Shown piece by piece: positions 17,911 to 27,797 of a stretch of 40,501 bases of DNA; the first letter of the stretch is position 1, and every line of letters begins with the position of its first letter. The translations under genes and the position numbers were made by a program. The notes beneath the pieces were generated by a model. It was given only the letters and a program-made list of their open reading frames with translations, searched no databases and was not told where the DNA came from. Source of the stretch: Tepidisphaerales bacterium. GTDB taxonomy: Bacteria > Planctomycetota > Phycisphaerae > Tepidisphaerales > Tepidisphaeraceae. The stretch covers positions 1 to 40,501 of the forward strand of contig JBBSLV010000001.1 in NCBI GenBank assembly GCA_038233535.1, given 5' to 3'.

Positions 17911-20900
17911 TTACGGCGAGAGGAATCCCGTCGTCGAGTCCCCGCCCAACCCGACGCCCAACCCTTCCGGATACACGCTGAAGCGGACGCCGCTCTCGTC
18001 CTCGTGCGCGTCGTAATAGAACGTGAACAGCGCGTGGAACCGATCGAACTTTCGCCGCAGGCTGGCACTTGTGTAGACGCTGCCTTCCTCATCGCCGAAG
18101 TCGTAGCTCTGGCTGAGCGAGACGCTGTACTTCGTCGTCAGCATGTATTCGGCGACGAGGCTGGCGATCACCGAATCAAGCTCGGCGATGTAGCGCGTGC
18201 CGATGAAGTAGCTGAGGCGCGGGTCGCGGCTGACGGCGACGCCCAGCGACGCGGTGGCGAGCTGCCCGCGGTCCAGGTTCTGCTGGAGGTCGGAGAGGAC
18301 GATGAACGTGTCGCTCACGCGCCACATCGAATCGACGTTGATGCTGTTGCGCGGGATCGACGCTTCGGGCAGGGTGGGGAAGAAGATGCCGCGGAACCCA
18401 TCAGGCTCGCGCTCGAACTGCGGGGGCTGGTTGCCGAAGAAGTTGCCCTCGACGTTGAGCGTGAAGAAATCCACGCTCCGCCGGCGATTCGGGCTGCCGC
18501 GCTTGGTTTGCCAGCGCTGGCGGAGCGCGATCTGCGCGGCGCGGAAATCATGAATCGCGTCGATCTGCTCGTCGTAGATGAACAGCTCGTCGCGGTCGAG
18601 CGTCTGCGCGGCGGCGAAGAGGTGCAGCTCCGGCTCAACGATGTGCCGCACGCGGTTGATGTCAAACAGGCGCGAATTCGCGGTCTCGTCCACCTTCCAG
18701 AACGCCGTGTTCACGCGCACGCCCGCGGCCGAGTACCAGCGCTCCTCCGCGCCCAGCGTCGGCGCTTCCGTGTACGTCGTCAGCCGGCCCAAGACGTACG
18801 GCACGAGCTTGAACGGACCGGCCTGCATGGGGAAGTCCAGCTCCTGGCGGAAGTCGGTGCGGTAGTTGATGTCATCTGGGACGGGAGGCGGATTCCCCGC
18901 GGCCGTCAGCCCGGATTGACCGATCAGTCCCAGCGATGGTCTGCCCGGAAGCACCGGCGGGAGGCCCCCCCGCGCACCACGGAACCCCTGGTCGTTGTCG
19001 AACGTGCCCGTAACGGGATTGAACACTTGCGCGCCGCTCGTGTTGAACCGCAACGCGCTGAAGCTGTTGTTGCTGAAGAATGTGGCGCGGTCATCGAACA
19101 GGCTGTCGCCGATGCGGCGGTAAGTGACCTCCGGCAGCCGCTCGATCTCGAACTGCTCCTGCTGGAGGTCGCTGGTCGTGATGATGTCGTTCGGCTGAAA
19201 GCTGAACAGGAGGGAGAACGCTTCGGTGTCGCGCTGGCGTTTGAAGTAAGCGCTGGTCTCCAGCGGCAGTCCCGTCTCGTACTCTTGCTCGTACCACTCT
19301 TCCAGGAACGTCGGATCAGAGACGTACGATGCGCGGAGCTGCATCTGCCAGTCATCGGGAAAAAAGTGCTGGTGCTGCCACGATGCGCGCCCGCGCCATT
19401 CGTCGTCATGCGGGATGCGGGCGCGGTATCGGCCGAGGTTGTCGCTGCCGCTGTCGTGAACGAGGTAGCTCGTGAATTCGCCCTCGAAGTTCCAGGGCTG
19501 CCTGGTCGTGTCGGTGATGAACCCGCCGCCGTAGGTCGCGTCGATGCCGCCGGCGGGGCCGCGGTCGGAGAAGTAGTCCAGCCGGTACGAGACGTCCAGC
19601 TCCCCGGGAGGGATTTGGCCGAGAGTCTCGAACAATCCCCACTCGGTCTGAATCCCCGTGCCGAACCCGCGCGAGTTGCTGATGTTGAACCCGCGCAGCG
19701 CGGTGCCGCTCTCCGTCATCGTGCCCCCCAGCGCGGGCAGCCAGAAGATCGGCACGCCGAAGCTGCGCAGCGTCGCATCGCGGGTGATGAAGCTCGTGCG
19801 CGTGCCGTAGCGCGGGTCGTTGGTGTCGACTTGGCGCACATACGCCTTGTCGGCCGCGATGCTGTAGCTGGGGACGGCGAACGCGCTGGTGCTCAACCGG
19901 ACGTTCTTGGCGTTGAACTCGGTGACGCCGTTGTTGCGCGACAACTGCCGCAGCGTGTCGGCGCGGACGATCATCGGGATCTGGAGCAGCGGGTCGACCG
20001 AGTGCATGACAGCGTCGGTCAGCACGGCGCGGTCGGTGGTGAAATCGTAGAAGGCGCGATTGGCCTCCAGCGTCTGCTCGCCCTTGGCCCGGGTGTCGGC
20101 CGGGGTGAAGGTGACGCGGACATCGCCCTCGAGGTAGACGGCCGAGACCGCGTCCTGCGCGCGGGCGATCTCCTTGAAGTCGTCGGCGGCGCTCTTGATC
20201 TTGTCGATCTGCGTGAAGATCACCCCGCGGTCCGCTTGCAGCTCGAGGAAGTCGCCGTTGGGCCGCTGCTGGTAAAGCAGTACGCCCTGACCTGCGGCGA
20301 AGGGGCTGAGGATGGCGGCGAGCTTGCCGTCGGGCCCTTCGACGGTGCGGATCGACGCGCGGAACGAGATAGGCGGCGTCGTGCTCGCGGGGCGAGTGGT
20401 TGGCGCCGCGCCGGGCGGGGGGGCAAGGGCGATCTCACGCGTCGTGGGCAATGGGATCGGTCGCGGGACTTGCGCGGGATCGTCAGGCTCCGAAGGCTGT
20501 GTCGCGAGGCGCAATTGCGACGCGGTTTGGAACAGTTCCGTTTCGCTCTCGTCGCGCCCGAAGCGCTCGCCGGCGCCGATGCGGATGTTGCCGCGGACGA
20601 ACGCGGTCACCATCAACTGCCCGCCTTTGCGCGTCAGCTCGGGCTGTTTAAGCTGGGCGTCGCCGATCAGCGCGATCTCCGCCCGCTCGACCGGCGCCCC
20701 GCCCGTGCCGGCGACGGGCGTGAGCCAGATGACCGCGCCGTTGGCCGTCAGAATCCGCTGATCGAGCTCGATCTTCACCGGCCCATCGAGCAGGACGACG
20801 TTGATCCCGTTAACCGACCAGGTCGACGCGCGCGTGGCATCGACGGTGAGGCTTTCGCTGACCGGGTCCGACAGTTGCTGCGCCAAAGCGGCGGCGGCGG

Positions 20901-20949
20901 GCAGAACCAAAGCTGCCAACAGAGCCAATCCGATCCCGCCAAGGCGCAC
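17911..20949 (-). CDS. lptD: LPS-assembly outer-membrane protein LptD-like (OstA-type N-terminal domain plus large beta-barrel)
   Basis: Signal peptide RLGGIGLALLAALVLPAAAALAQQ, OstA-like beta-jellyroll segments, ERLPEVTY-type motif, aromatic-rich alternating C-terminal strands. Start set at GTG 20949, 7 nt after GGAAGGAG; the track start 21063 is a TTG. Confidence 0.7.
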   Translation of the reverse strand: MRLGGIGLALLAALVLPAAAALAQQLSDPVSESLTVDATRASTWSVNGINVVLLDGPVKIELDQRILTANGAVIWLTPVAGTGGAPVERAEIALIGDAQLKQPELTRKGGQLMVTAFVRGNIRIGAGERFGRDESETELFQTASQLRLATQPSEPDDPAQVPRPIPLPTTREIALAPPPGAAPTTRPASTTPPISFRASIRTVEGPDGKLAAILSPFAAGQGVLLYQQRPNGDFLELQADRGVIFTQIDKIKSAADDFKEIARAQDAVSAVYLEGDVRVTFTPADTRAKGEQTLEANRAFYDFTTDRAVLTDAVMHSVDPLLQIPMIVRADTLRQLSRNNGVTEFNAKNVRLSTSAFAVPSYSIAADKAYVRQVDTNDPRYGTRTSFITRDATLRSFGVPIFWLPALGGTMTESGTALRGFNISNSRGFGTGIQTEWGLFETLGQIPPGELDVSYRLDYFSDRGPAGGIDATYGGGFITDTTRQPWNFEGEFTSYLVHDSGSDNLGRYRARIPHDDEWRGRASWQHQHFFPDDWQMQLRASYVSDPTFLEEWYEQEYETGLPLETSAYFKRQRDTEAFSLLFSFQPNDIITTSDLQQEQFEIERLPEVTYRRIGDSLFDDRATFFSNNSFSALRFNTSGAQVFNPVTGTFDNDQGFRGARGGLPPVLPGRPSLGLIGQSGLTAAGNPPPVPDDINYRTDFRQELDFPMQAGPFKLVPYVLGRLTTYTEAPTLGAEERWYSAAGVRVNTAFWKVDETANSRLFDINRVRHIVEPELHLFAAAQTLDRDELFIYDEQIDAIHDFRAAQIALRQRWQTKRGSPNRRRSVDFFTLNVEGNFFGNQPPQFEREPDGFRGIFFPTLPEASIPRNSINVDSMWRVSDTFIVLSDLQQNLDRGQLATASLGVAVSRDPRLSYFIGTRYIAELDSVIASLVAEYMLTTKYSVSLSQSYDFGDEEGSVYTSASLRRKFDRFHALFTFYYDAHEDESGVRFSVYPEGLGVGLGGDSTTGFLSP

Positions 20950-21126
20950 GCGCAGACTCCTTCCCGACCGACGCACCCGCACCGGGCTGGCACGAAGGCG
21001 GGCATGATAGAGGTGGCCTGTAGGGGGGTCAAACCGGGCAGAATATGACAAACACTGCTGCAAGCGGAGCGTAGATGCTGATAATGTCCGAGCGCGACCA
21101 CCGAGGTCGGTTCGGTTGCGCCCCGT

Positions 21127-21154
21127 GTAGTGGCGACGCCTGCGTCGCCACTAC
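21127..21154. repeat. 28-bp near-perfect palindrome GTAGTGGCGACGC-CT-GCGTCGCCACTAC in the lptD/sppA divergent region
   Basis: Read directly: 13-nt arms that are exact reverse complements. It ends 19 nt upstream of the sppA ATG. Confidence 0.9.
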
Positions 21155-21172
21155 AAACGTAAGGAGAACTCG

Positions 21173-23071
21173 ATGCGTTTTATCGCCGCCGTCCTCGTCC
21201 TGCTCTTCGCCGCCAGCTCCGCCCGCGCCGACGCGGCGACGAAATCCGCCTCCGCGCCCGCGACCACGCAGGCCGCGGCGACCACGCAGGCGACGCAGTT
21301 CCCGACGCCCGCGGAGCTTCTCGCCAGGATGAAGCAGATGCGCCAGGCGAAGGAGGCGGCGCTGAAGGTCGCGTACATCGACCTCTCTGCGGCAATCGTC
21401 GAGAAGCCCGCCGACTTTTCACTCTTCGGCGGCGATGCCGACGCCATGACGCTCCGCTCGGTCATCAGCCGGCTGCATCAGGCGCGCGACGACAAGGACG
21501 TGAAGGCCGTGCTCATCACCATCGGTCAGCCGTCGATCGGGCTGGCGCAGGCGCAGGAGGTGCGCGAAGCGCTCGTCGAGCTTCGACGGGCGAACAAGAA
21601 GACGTTCGTCTACGCCGACAGCTACGACACCGCCACCTACACGCTCGCCACCGGCGCGACTGACATCTGTCTGCTCGACGGCGGGGAGATCCTCATCCCC
21701 GGCGTGGGCGGGGAGGCGATGTTCGCCAAGGGGCTGCTGGACAAGATCGGCGTGAAGGCCGACTACGTGCAGATCGGGGAGTACAAGGGCGCCGATGAGC
21801 AATACACGCGCACCGGCCCCAGCGAACAGCTCCGCGGGGAGATGAACCGGCTGATGGACGCGCTGTACGCCCAGATCGTCGAGGGCATCGCGTCGCACCG
21901 GAACCTCACCACCGACGAAGTGAAAAAGATGATCGACGACAGCATGCTCATGGCCAAGGGCGCCAAGGAGCAGGGGTATGTCGATCACCTGGTCGATCAG
22001 GACGGGCTGCGTGACTTGATCACGAAAAACATCGGCAAGAAGAATGACAAGATCGAGCTGCTACATCACTACGGGCTGGAATCCCGGGAAGCCGTGGATT
22101 TCTCCAATCCGTTCGGGTTGTTCGCAGCGCTGAGTCGGCGCGAGGCGCCGCCCACGAAGCCGTCGGTGGCGCTCATTTACGCCGACGGAACGATCATCGA
22201 CGGCACGGGCGGCGAAGGGATGTTCGGCAATTCGATCGGCTCCGACGACATGCGCCGCGCCCTGCGCATGGCGGCGAAGGACGAGAACATCAAGGCGGTC
22301 GTCATCCGCATCGACTCCCCCGGGGGCAGCGCGCTGGCGAGCGAAGTGATGTGGCAGGCGGCGCGACGGCTCGCCGGCGAGAAGCCGCTGGTCATCAGCA
22401 TCGGCTCGATGGCGGCCAGCGGGGGGTACTACCTCGCCAGCGCCGGCGACCACATCTTCGCCGACCCCGCGGGCATCGTCGGCTCCATCGGGGTCGTCGG
22501 GGGGAAGTTCGTCACCAAAGACCTCTTCGATAAGCTCGGCCTGACCACCGAATCCTTCATGCGCGGCAAGAACGCGGGCCTCTTCAGCTCCAACACCCCG
22601 TTCGACGACAGCCAGCGCAAGATGATCACCAGTTGGATGCGCCAGACGTACGACCAGTTCACGCAGCGCGTCATGGAGACGCGCCGTGGCAAGATCAAGA
22701 ACATCGACGAGGTCGCCCGCGGGCGCATCTTCATCGCCAAGGCGGCGAAGGAGCTGGGCATGGTTGACGAGCTGGGCGGTGTTGAGAAGGCCATCGCCCA
22801 CGCCGCCGACCGGGCGGATTTGAAATCCGGCGACTACGACGTGCGCGTCGTTCCCGCTCCGCGCACCTTCGCCGACTTCTTCGGCGGAGGAGACGGGGGC
22901 GCCGAAGCGGCGGCGCGCATGATCCCGACGGTGAAGCTCGATCCGACGTCACTGTTCGGGCAGCTCGCGCCCGGCGTGAAGCGCGCGCTCGGCCAGCACG
23001 TCTGGCTCATGCGCCTGCTCGAAGACCGTCCGATCACGCTGATGGCCCCGTTCGTCATCACCACGAAGTAG
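21173..23071 (+). CDS. sppA: Signal peptide peptidase SppA, 67K type (two S49 domains)
   Basis: 632 aa with a signal peptide. RIDSPGGSALASEVM and GSMAASGGYYLASAGD motifs in the second domain. AAGGAG lies 7 nt upstream of the ATG. Confidence 0.9.
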   Translation: MRFIAAVLVLLFAASSARADAATKSASAPATTQAAATTQATQFPTPAELLARMKQMRQAKEAALKVAYIDLSAAIVEKPADFSLFGGDADAMTLRSVISRLHQARDDKDVKAVLITIGQPSIGLAQAQEVREALVELRRANKKTFVYADSYDTATYTLATGATDICLLDGGEILIPGVGGEAMFAKGLLDKIGVKADYVQIGEYKGADEQYTRTGPSEQLRGEMNRLMDALYAQIVEGIASHRNLTTDEVKKMIDDSMLMAKGAKEQGYVDHLVDQDGLRDLITKNIGKKNDKIELLHHYGLESREAVDFSNPFGLFAALSRREAPPTKPSVALIYADGTIIDGTGGEGMFGNSIGSDDMRRALRMAAKDENIKAVVIRIDSPGGSALASEVMWQAARRLAGEKPLVISIGSMAASGGYYLASAGDHIFADPAGIVGSIGVVGGKFVTKDLFDKLGLTTESFMRGKNAGLFSSNTPFDDSQRKMITSWMRQTYDQFTQRVMETRRGKIKNIDEVARGRIFIAKAAKELGMVDELGGVEKAIAHAADRADLKSGDYDVRVVPAPRTFADFFGGGDGGAEAAARMIPTVKLDPTSLFGQLAPGVKRALGQHVWLMRLLEDRPITLMAPFVITTK

Positions 23072-23129
23072 CGGACTTGGCGGTACGCGGTTTGCTCGAT
23101 TTCGCCCGTCGCCAACACGGAGCAGCCGC

Positions 23130-23264
23130 ATGCAAAATGAAAGAAAGCCGTCTCTCCCGCAGCGCGCCGGCGCGATCGGCAAGGCACTGATCGTTTGGCT
23201 CGCCAGCGGGAGCTTTGTCGTTGCCATTATTGCCTTCTTTGTCTTCAGCGCGATGGGCTGCTAA
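23130..23264 (+). CDS. Possible 44-aa single-pass membrane peptide (below the ORF-track cutoff)
   Basis: ATG 23130 has GGAG 8 nt upstream. Translation MQNERKPSLPQRAGAIGKALIVWLASGSFVVAIIAFFVFSAMGC; the stop is followed 16 nt later by a 25-bp hairpin. Confidence 0.35.
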   Translation: MQNERKPSLPQRAGAIGKALIVWLASGSFVVAIIAFFVFSAMGC

Positions 23265-23280
23265 GCCACTGCATCCTCTT

Positions 23281-23348
23281 TCATAGCCGCAGGCGGAAGC
23301 CGCGGGCTTCCGACGCATGAAGACCGCGGCTTCCGCCTGCGGCTATGA
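23281..23348. repeat. Perfect 25-bp inverted repeat with an 18-nt loop (REP-like or terminator-like)
   Basis: 23281-23305 (tcatagccgcaggcggaagccgcgg) is the exact reverse complement of 23324-23348. Each arm also contains a local palindrome (ggaagccgcgggcttcc). Confidence 0.9.
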
Positions 23349-23427
23349 AACAAGGAAATTCGCGCGCCCTACCCATTCCCCGTGCGCCCGCATATCGTCC
23401 CCCGTCTAACCGGAGACGGGTGTTTCC

Positions 23428-23967
23428 ATGCTGGGTTTTGGCAAGCGAGATCCTAAACCCGATCCGACCTCTCCCCGCGTCAGCGCGAAGCTCTGCACCG
23501 ATCGGTTCAACGGCAGGTATCCCCACGTCGGCCTCTACGACTGCAAGGACCGCAAAGTCTGGGTCGCCAGGCCGCTCTCCGGCCAGGCCATCCGCACGTC
23601 GCACGCGCGGCTGATCACGGGATCGGACAACGCAACGAGCACCGTGTGGAAAGACCGCTTCCTCTGCTTCTGGTTCTACACCCCGCGCACCGGGGAAGGG
23701 TACATCCTCGGCTACCCAATCGACTGGGACGAAGCCCACCTGCTCGTGCGCATCGACCCGAACTGGGACTACGACCGCCAGCGCATGATCCCCGCCGAAC
23801 TCGAAGACCAGGCCAACGAAAACATCGACCGCCAACTGAAGCACGGCGAGCGCATCATCGGCTTCTTCCGCGATGCGAAGCTGAAGTACCCATTCAGCGT
23901 CCACTTCATCGCCCAGCGCGCGACCGACAGCCAGTTCTACGCCAGGCGCGTCGAGCCGCCGGGGTAA
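23428..23967 (+). CDS. Hypothetical protein (179 aa)
   Basis: Protein-like composition (W/Y/F/K/D rich) and a GGAGACGGG upstream region. No motif recognised. Confidence 0.65.
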   Translation: MLGFGKRDPKPDPTSPRVSAKLCTDRFNGRYPHVGLYDCKDRKVWVARPLSGQAIRTSHARLITGSDNATSTVWKDRFLCFWFYTPRTGEGYILGYPIDWDEAHLLVRIDPNWDYDRQRMIPAELEDQANENIDRQLKHGERIIGFFRDAKLKYPFSVHFIAQRATDSQFYARRVEPPG

Positions 23968-24069
23968 AGCGCGATACACCGCGGCGAATAAGGAAAGGCG
24001 GGCAACGGAAAGAGGGATATACACGACGCAGCATCATTCGCGAGTGCGACGCGAAAGAGACGCGACCCT

Positions 24070-24354
24070 TCATCGGTCTCCGCGCCCGCGCGGAGGACGG
24101 CGGCAGAAAAGAAGCACGACCACCGCCACGAAGCACGTCATCGCCGCCAGGTGAAGCACAAGCCCCGGACCGGAGCGCACAAACGCCAGCCAGGGGCCGA
24201 AGTCGATCAACCGTCCCGCCGCTTCGCCGAAGGAGCCGTGGTGTCGGGGGAGAAAGACAAACGCGAAGTAGGCGCGCGCAACCCACAGCAGCACGAAGCC
24301 GCCAACCATCGCGACGACGACCCAGCGAAACTGCTTGTCATGGGATGTTGTCAT
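24070..24354 (-). CDS. Small membrane protein (about 3 TM segments)
   Basis: WVVVAMVGGFVLLWVARAYFAFVFL, GPWLAFV..., LVLHLAAMTCFVAVVVLLF are hydrophobic stretches. Confidence 0.55.
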   Translation of the reverse strand: MTTSHDKQFRWVVVAMVGGFVLLWVARAYFAFVFLPRHHGSFGEAAGRLIDFGPWLAFVRSGPGLVLHLAAMTCFVAVVVLLFCRRPPRGRGDR

Positions 24355-24405
24355 CGTGGTCGATGGTCCCCGGCCCGCTGCAGCGGTCGGATAGCTTGCA
24401 CGCCG

Positions 24406-24642
24406 CTACGCCGCTCGGGACGGTCTCAGTGTTTCGACATGCGCCACGTGTAGGTACGAGCAGAAGGCCAGTCGCTCGCCGTCCGGGTGAGACGGCTCGG
24501 GGATAGCCAAGACCAGCGCCTTGGCGGTCACGAACGCCATTTCCGGATGCATGACATTATAGCTCTCGCCACTGCTCATCACGACACGGAATGGCTCGAA
24601 GGGCGCGCGCTTCAAGATCTCGCGAAACGTCTCGGCTGTCAT
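24406..24642 (-). CDS. Small hypothetical protein (78 aa)
   Basis: Start moved to ATG 24642 (MTAETFREILKRAPFEPFRVVMSSGESYNV...). The upstream part of track ORF 24406..24855 is antisense to the sulfatase signal-peptide region. Confidence 0.5.
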   Translation of the reverse strand: MTAETFREILKRAPFEPFRVVMSSGESYNVMHPEMAFVTAKALVLAIPEPSHPDGERLAFCSYLHVAHVETLRPSRAA

Positions 24643-24723
24643 GCCCCGTATTGTAGCAGAGAAATGGCAAGCTTGTTCAGCCGACGGCGCGTCCATAGCA
24701 TTCATTGCATGATCGTCAACTGC

Positions 24724-26160
24724 ATGAGAGTCATCATCGCGGCGCTGTTCCTCGTCCTCGCAACCGGCGTCGACGCACGCGCGCAGACGACCCGGCCGAG
24801 CTTTGTGCTTTGCATGGCGGACGATCAGGGGTTCGGCGACGTGCATTACAACCATTACAACGGCGAAGCGAAGCTAAAGACGCCGGTGCTGGATGAGATG
24901 GCGCGGACGGGGCTTCGGCTGGACCGGTTTTACGCGGCCGCGCCGGTGTGCTCGCCGACGCGGGGGAGCTTTCTGACCGGGCGGCATCCGAATCGGTTCG
25001 GGTGTTTTCAGTGGGGGCATGTGCTGCGGCCGCAGGAGATCACGCTGGCCGAGGCGTTGAAAAGCGCGGGGTATCGCACGGCCCATTTCGGGAAAAGGCA
25101 CCTCGGGTCGGTGCGGGCCGAGAGTCCGGTGTCGCCGGGGGGGAGCGGGTTCGATACGTGGGTGTCGGCGCCGAATTACATCGACAACGATCCGCTGATG
25201 AGCCGTGGGGGCAAAGTCGAGCGCCACGTGGGCGAGAGCTCGATGATCTGCGTTGATGAAGCGTTGAAGTTTATTCGCGACGCATCGGAGAAGGGCGAGC
25301 CGTTTTGCGCGGTGATCTGGTTCGGGTCGCCGCACAATCCGCATCGGGGGACGGACGAGTTGATGAAGCTGTATGAAGGGCAGGGGCTGGATCCGAAGCA
25401 GCAGGCTTATTTCGCTGAGATCACCGGCATCGATCGCGCGATGGGGAAGCTGCGGAAGCAGATGCGCGAGATGAAGCTCGCCGACGACACGCTGCTGTTG
25501 TACACGAGCGACAACGGCCCGCAGGGCCCGGGCGCGAACCGGCCCGGGTCGGCCGGGCCATTCTCCGGGCGCAAGGCGGAACTGCTCGAAGGCGGGATTC
25601 GCGTGCCGGCGATCATCGAGTGGCCGGCCGTCATCACCGCGCCGCGGGCGAGCGACGTGTCGTGCAATTCAAGCGACATCTATCCCACCGTCCTGGAACT
25701 GGCCGGCGTCGAAGTGAAGGACCAGGTTCGCCCCCTCGATGGCGTCAGCCTCGCGCCGCTCATCTGCACGGGCGCGTTCACGCGCACCCAACCGATGGGG
25801 TTCTGGGACTACCCCGCCCGCGGCGTGCGCAGCCCGAGCGAACAACTGCTGGAAGAGCAGTTGGCGGGGAAGCCGTCGGAGATCCTCGACGACGTCGCGC
25901 TGTCGAAGATCAGCAAAAAGTATGACGCCAACGACCGGTCCGGCGACGCCGCCTGGATCAACGGCGACTGGAAGCTCCTGCGCCGCGCGCAAAAAGACGC
26001 AGCGCCGAAGGTCGAGCTGTTCAACGTCGTGGAAGATCCCGCCGAGGAGCGCGACCGCGCGGCGCAGGAGCCGCAGCGCGTCCAGCAGATGCAGCGAGCG
26101 CTGGAGGCATGGCAGGCGTCGGTGGTGAAGAGCCTCAACGGCAAAGACTATGGGAATTGA
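24724..26160 (+). CDS. Formylglycine-dependent sulfatase (arylsulfatase A family)
   Basis: Signal peptide MRVIIAALFLVLATGVDARA, MADDQGFGD, and FGly motif CSPTRGSFLTGR (C-x-P-x-R). Confidence 0.9.
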   Translation: MRVIIAALFLVLATGVDARAQTTRPSFVLCMADDQGFGDVHYNHYNGEAKLKTPVLDEMARTGLRLDRFYAAAPVCSPTRGSFLTGRHPNRFGCFQWGHVLRPQEITLAEALKSAGYRTAHFGKRHLGSVRAESPVSPGGSGFDTWVSAPNYIDNDPLMSRGGKVERHVGESSMICVDEALKFIRDASEKGEPFCAVIWFGSPHNPHRGTDELMKLYEGQGLDPKQQAYFAEITGIDRAMGKLRKQMREMKLADDTLLLYTSDNGPQGPGANRPGSAGPFSGRKAELLEGGIRVPAIIEWPAVITAPRASDVSCNSSDIYPTVLELAGVEVKDQVRPLDGVSLAPLICTGAFTRTQPMGFWDYPARGVRSPSEQLLEEQLAGKPSEILDDVALSKISKKYDANDRSGDAAWINGDWKLLRRAQKDAAPKVELFNVVEDPAEERDRAAQEPQRVQQMQRALEAWQASVVKSLNGKDYGN

Positions 26161-26271
26161 TTGCGCGACTGATTACCGTCCCGAGGTTCACCGGGGAATA
26201 TCGAGCACGCGTATTGTTTCCCGATCTCTCCGGTCGCCACCGCTCTCCTGGGGAGACTGTTTGCCGCCGCG

Positions 26272-27687
26272 CTACTCGACTCTGGCTTCAAACGGCACCG
26301 CCGGCAGGCCGGCCTTGTTGTAGAGCGTGCACGTTGGATCGTTTGCCCAGCCGTAGCGAACGATCTTCGGCGCGGAGACGCCGTCGGCAGTGACGACAAT
26401 CGTCTCACCATTGATCCGCGCGCGGGCCGGGACGAACTTGCCGTCCGCGCCGGCCAACTCGAATCCCTGTAGCTCATCGCCCCTGGCGACGAGTCCGCCC
26501 TCGACGTGCTCGAAGCGAATGACGGCATCGCCGCCCTTCACTCGCATCGACTTGAACACCGGCCCAGAGTGCGGAATGTCCATTCCATACGCGAGTTTCC
26601 GGGCGACGAGCGCCAGCCGGTGCGCAACCGTCTGCTTGTCCTTCGGGTGGATGTCGTTGGAGTCGCCGGCGTCGATCGTGACGGCCAGGCCGACGTTGGG
26701 CAGCTCCCGCGCCACCTGCGCCTGCGCTTCGCGCGTGATGGGCCAGAAGCGGCTGTTCTTGAGGTTGGCCAGTTGCACGACAAGGAACGGGAAATCGCCC
26801 TGACCCCATGCATCGCGCCAGCTGGTGATGAGGGCGCCCAGCACGTCGCGGTAATGCTCGCCGTAGCGTGTGTTGGTTTCGCCCTGATACCAGATGACGC
26901 CGCGGATCGCATAGCCGGCGATGGGCGCGATCATGCCGTTGTACAAACACGCCGGCGCTTCGTGCGGGCGCGGGGGCTCCTGCTTCGTCGCGCCGGGCTT
27001 GTGCGGGGGGTTCAGCCACTGCTCGGTCCACTCCGGCTCGTAGGGAAGTTTCAGCGCGTCGAACGTCGGCCGCGGCATCCACGCCTCGGCGCGCGTGCCG
27101 CCCCAGGTTGGCTCGATCAGCCCGACCGGGTGGTTCAGCTTCTCGTGCAGCTCCAGCCCGAAGAAATACGCGACGGCGGAGAAATCCGCGACGGTTTCCG
27201 GCGAGCACACTTCCCACCGCCCGGTCAGATCATCCTGCGGCTGATCCTTGATCGCCCGGCCGACGGTGAACAGGCGCATCTTCGGATGGTCGGCCGCCTT
27301 GATCGCGTCGGCGCCGTTGGATGCGTTTCTCAGCGGGAAGCCCATGTTCGACTGCCCCGAGCACACCCACACTTCGCCGACGAGCACGTCCTGGATGGTG
27401 ATCGAATTTTTGCCCGCAATCGTGATCTCGATGGGCTTGCTCGTCTCGATTGCGTCAAGTGTGATGCGCCACTTGCCCTGATCGTCCGCCACGGCGGATC
27501 GCTCCTGCCCAGCAGCGTTCACGGTAACGGTCTCGCCCGCGTCGGCCGTTCCCCAGATGGGGACATTCATGCCGCGCTGGACGACCATGTGATCGCCAAA
27601 GATCGCCGGCACCTTCACGCCGCCGCGCGCGGCAAGGCACGAGCAGGCAATCACGCCGAGCACTGCTAGAGTCGCAGGTCGTTTCAT
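26272..27687 (-). CDS. Sialate O-acetylesterase-like carbohydrate esterase (SGNH/SASA type)
   Basis: Signal peptide MKRPATLAVLGVIACSCLAARG, GEVWVCSGQSNM block, IRGVIWYQGETN block. Start at ATG 27687, not track start 28005. Confidence 0.85.
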   Translation of the reverse strand: MKRPATLAVLGVIACSCLAARGGVKVPAIFGDHMVVQRGMNVPIWGTADAGETVTVNAAGQERSAVADDQGKWRITLDAIETSKPIEITIAGKNSITIQDVLVGEVWVCSGQSNMGFPLRNASNGADAIKAADHPKMRLFTVGRAIKDQPQDDLTGRWEVCSPETVADFSAVAYFFGLELHEKLNHPVGLIEPTWGGTRAEAWMPRPTFDALKLPYEPEWTEQWLNPPHKPGATKQEPPRPHEAPACLYNGMIAPIAGYAIRGVIWYQGETNTRYGEHYRDVLGALITSWRDAWGQGDFPFLVVQLANLKNSRFWPITREAQAQVARELPNVGLAVTIDAGDSNDIHPKDKQTVAHRLALVARKLAYGMDIPHSGPVFKSMRVKGGDAVIRFEHVEGGLVARGDELQGFELAGADGKFVPARARINGETIVVTADGVSAPKIVRYGWANDPTCTLYNKAGLPAVPFEARVE

Positions 27688-27797
27688 TCGTAGTTCCTTG
27701 TCGGTCAACCCAACCGCCGCCAAGGCGGGCACCATGAGACGCTGGACTGAATGATACCGCGCTTCCGTGGCCCGGTCAGACATGGCGGGCGCGGCGG

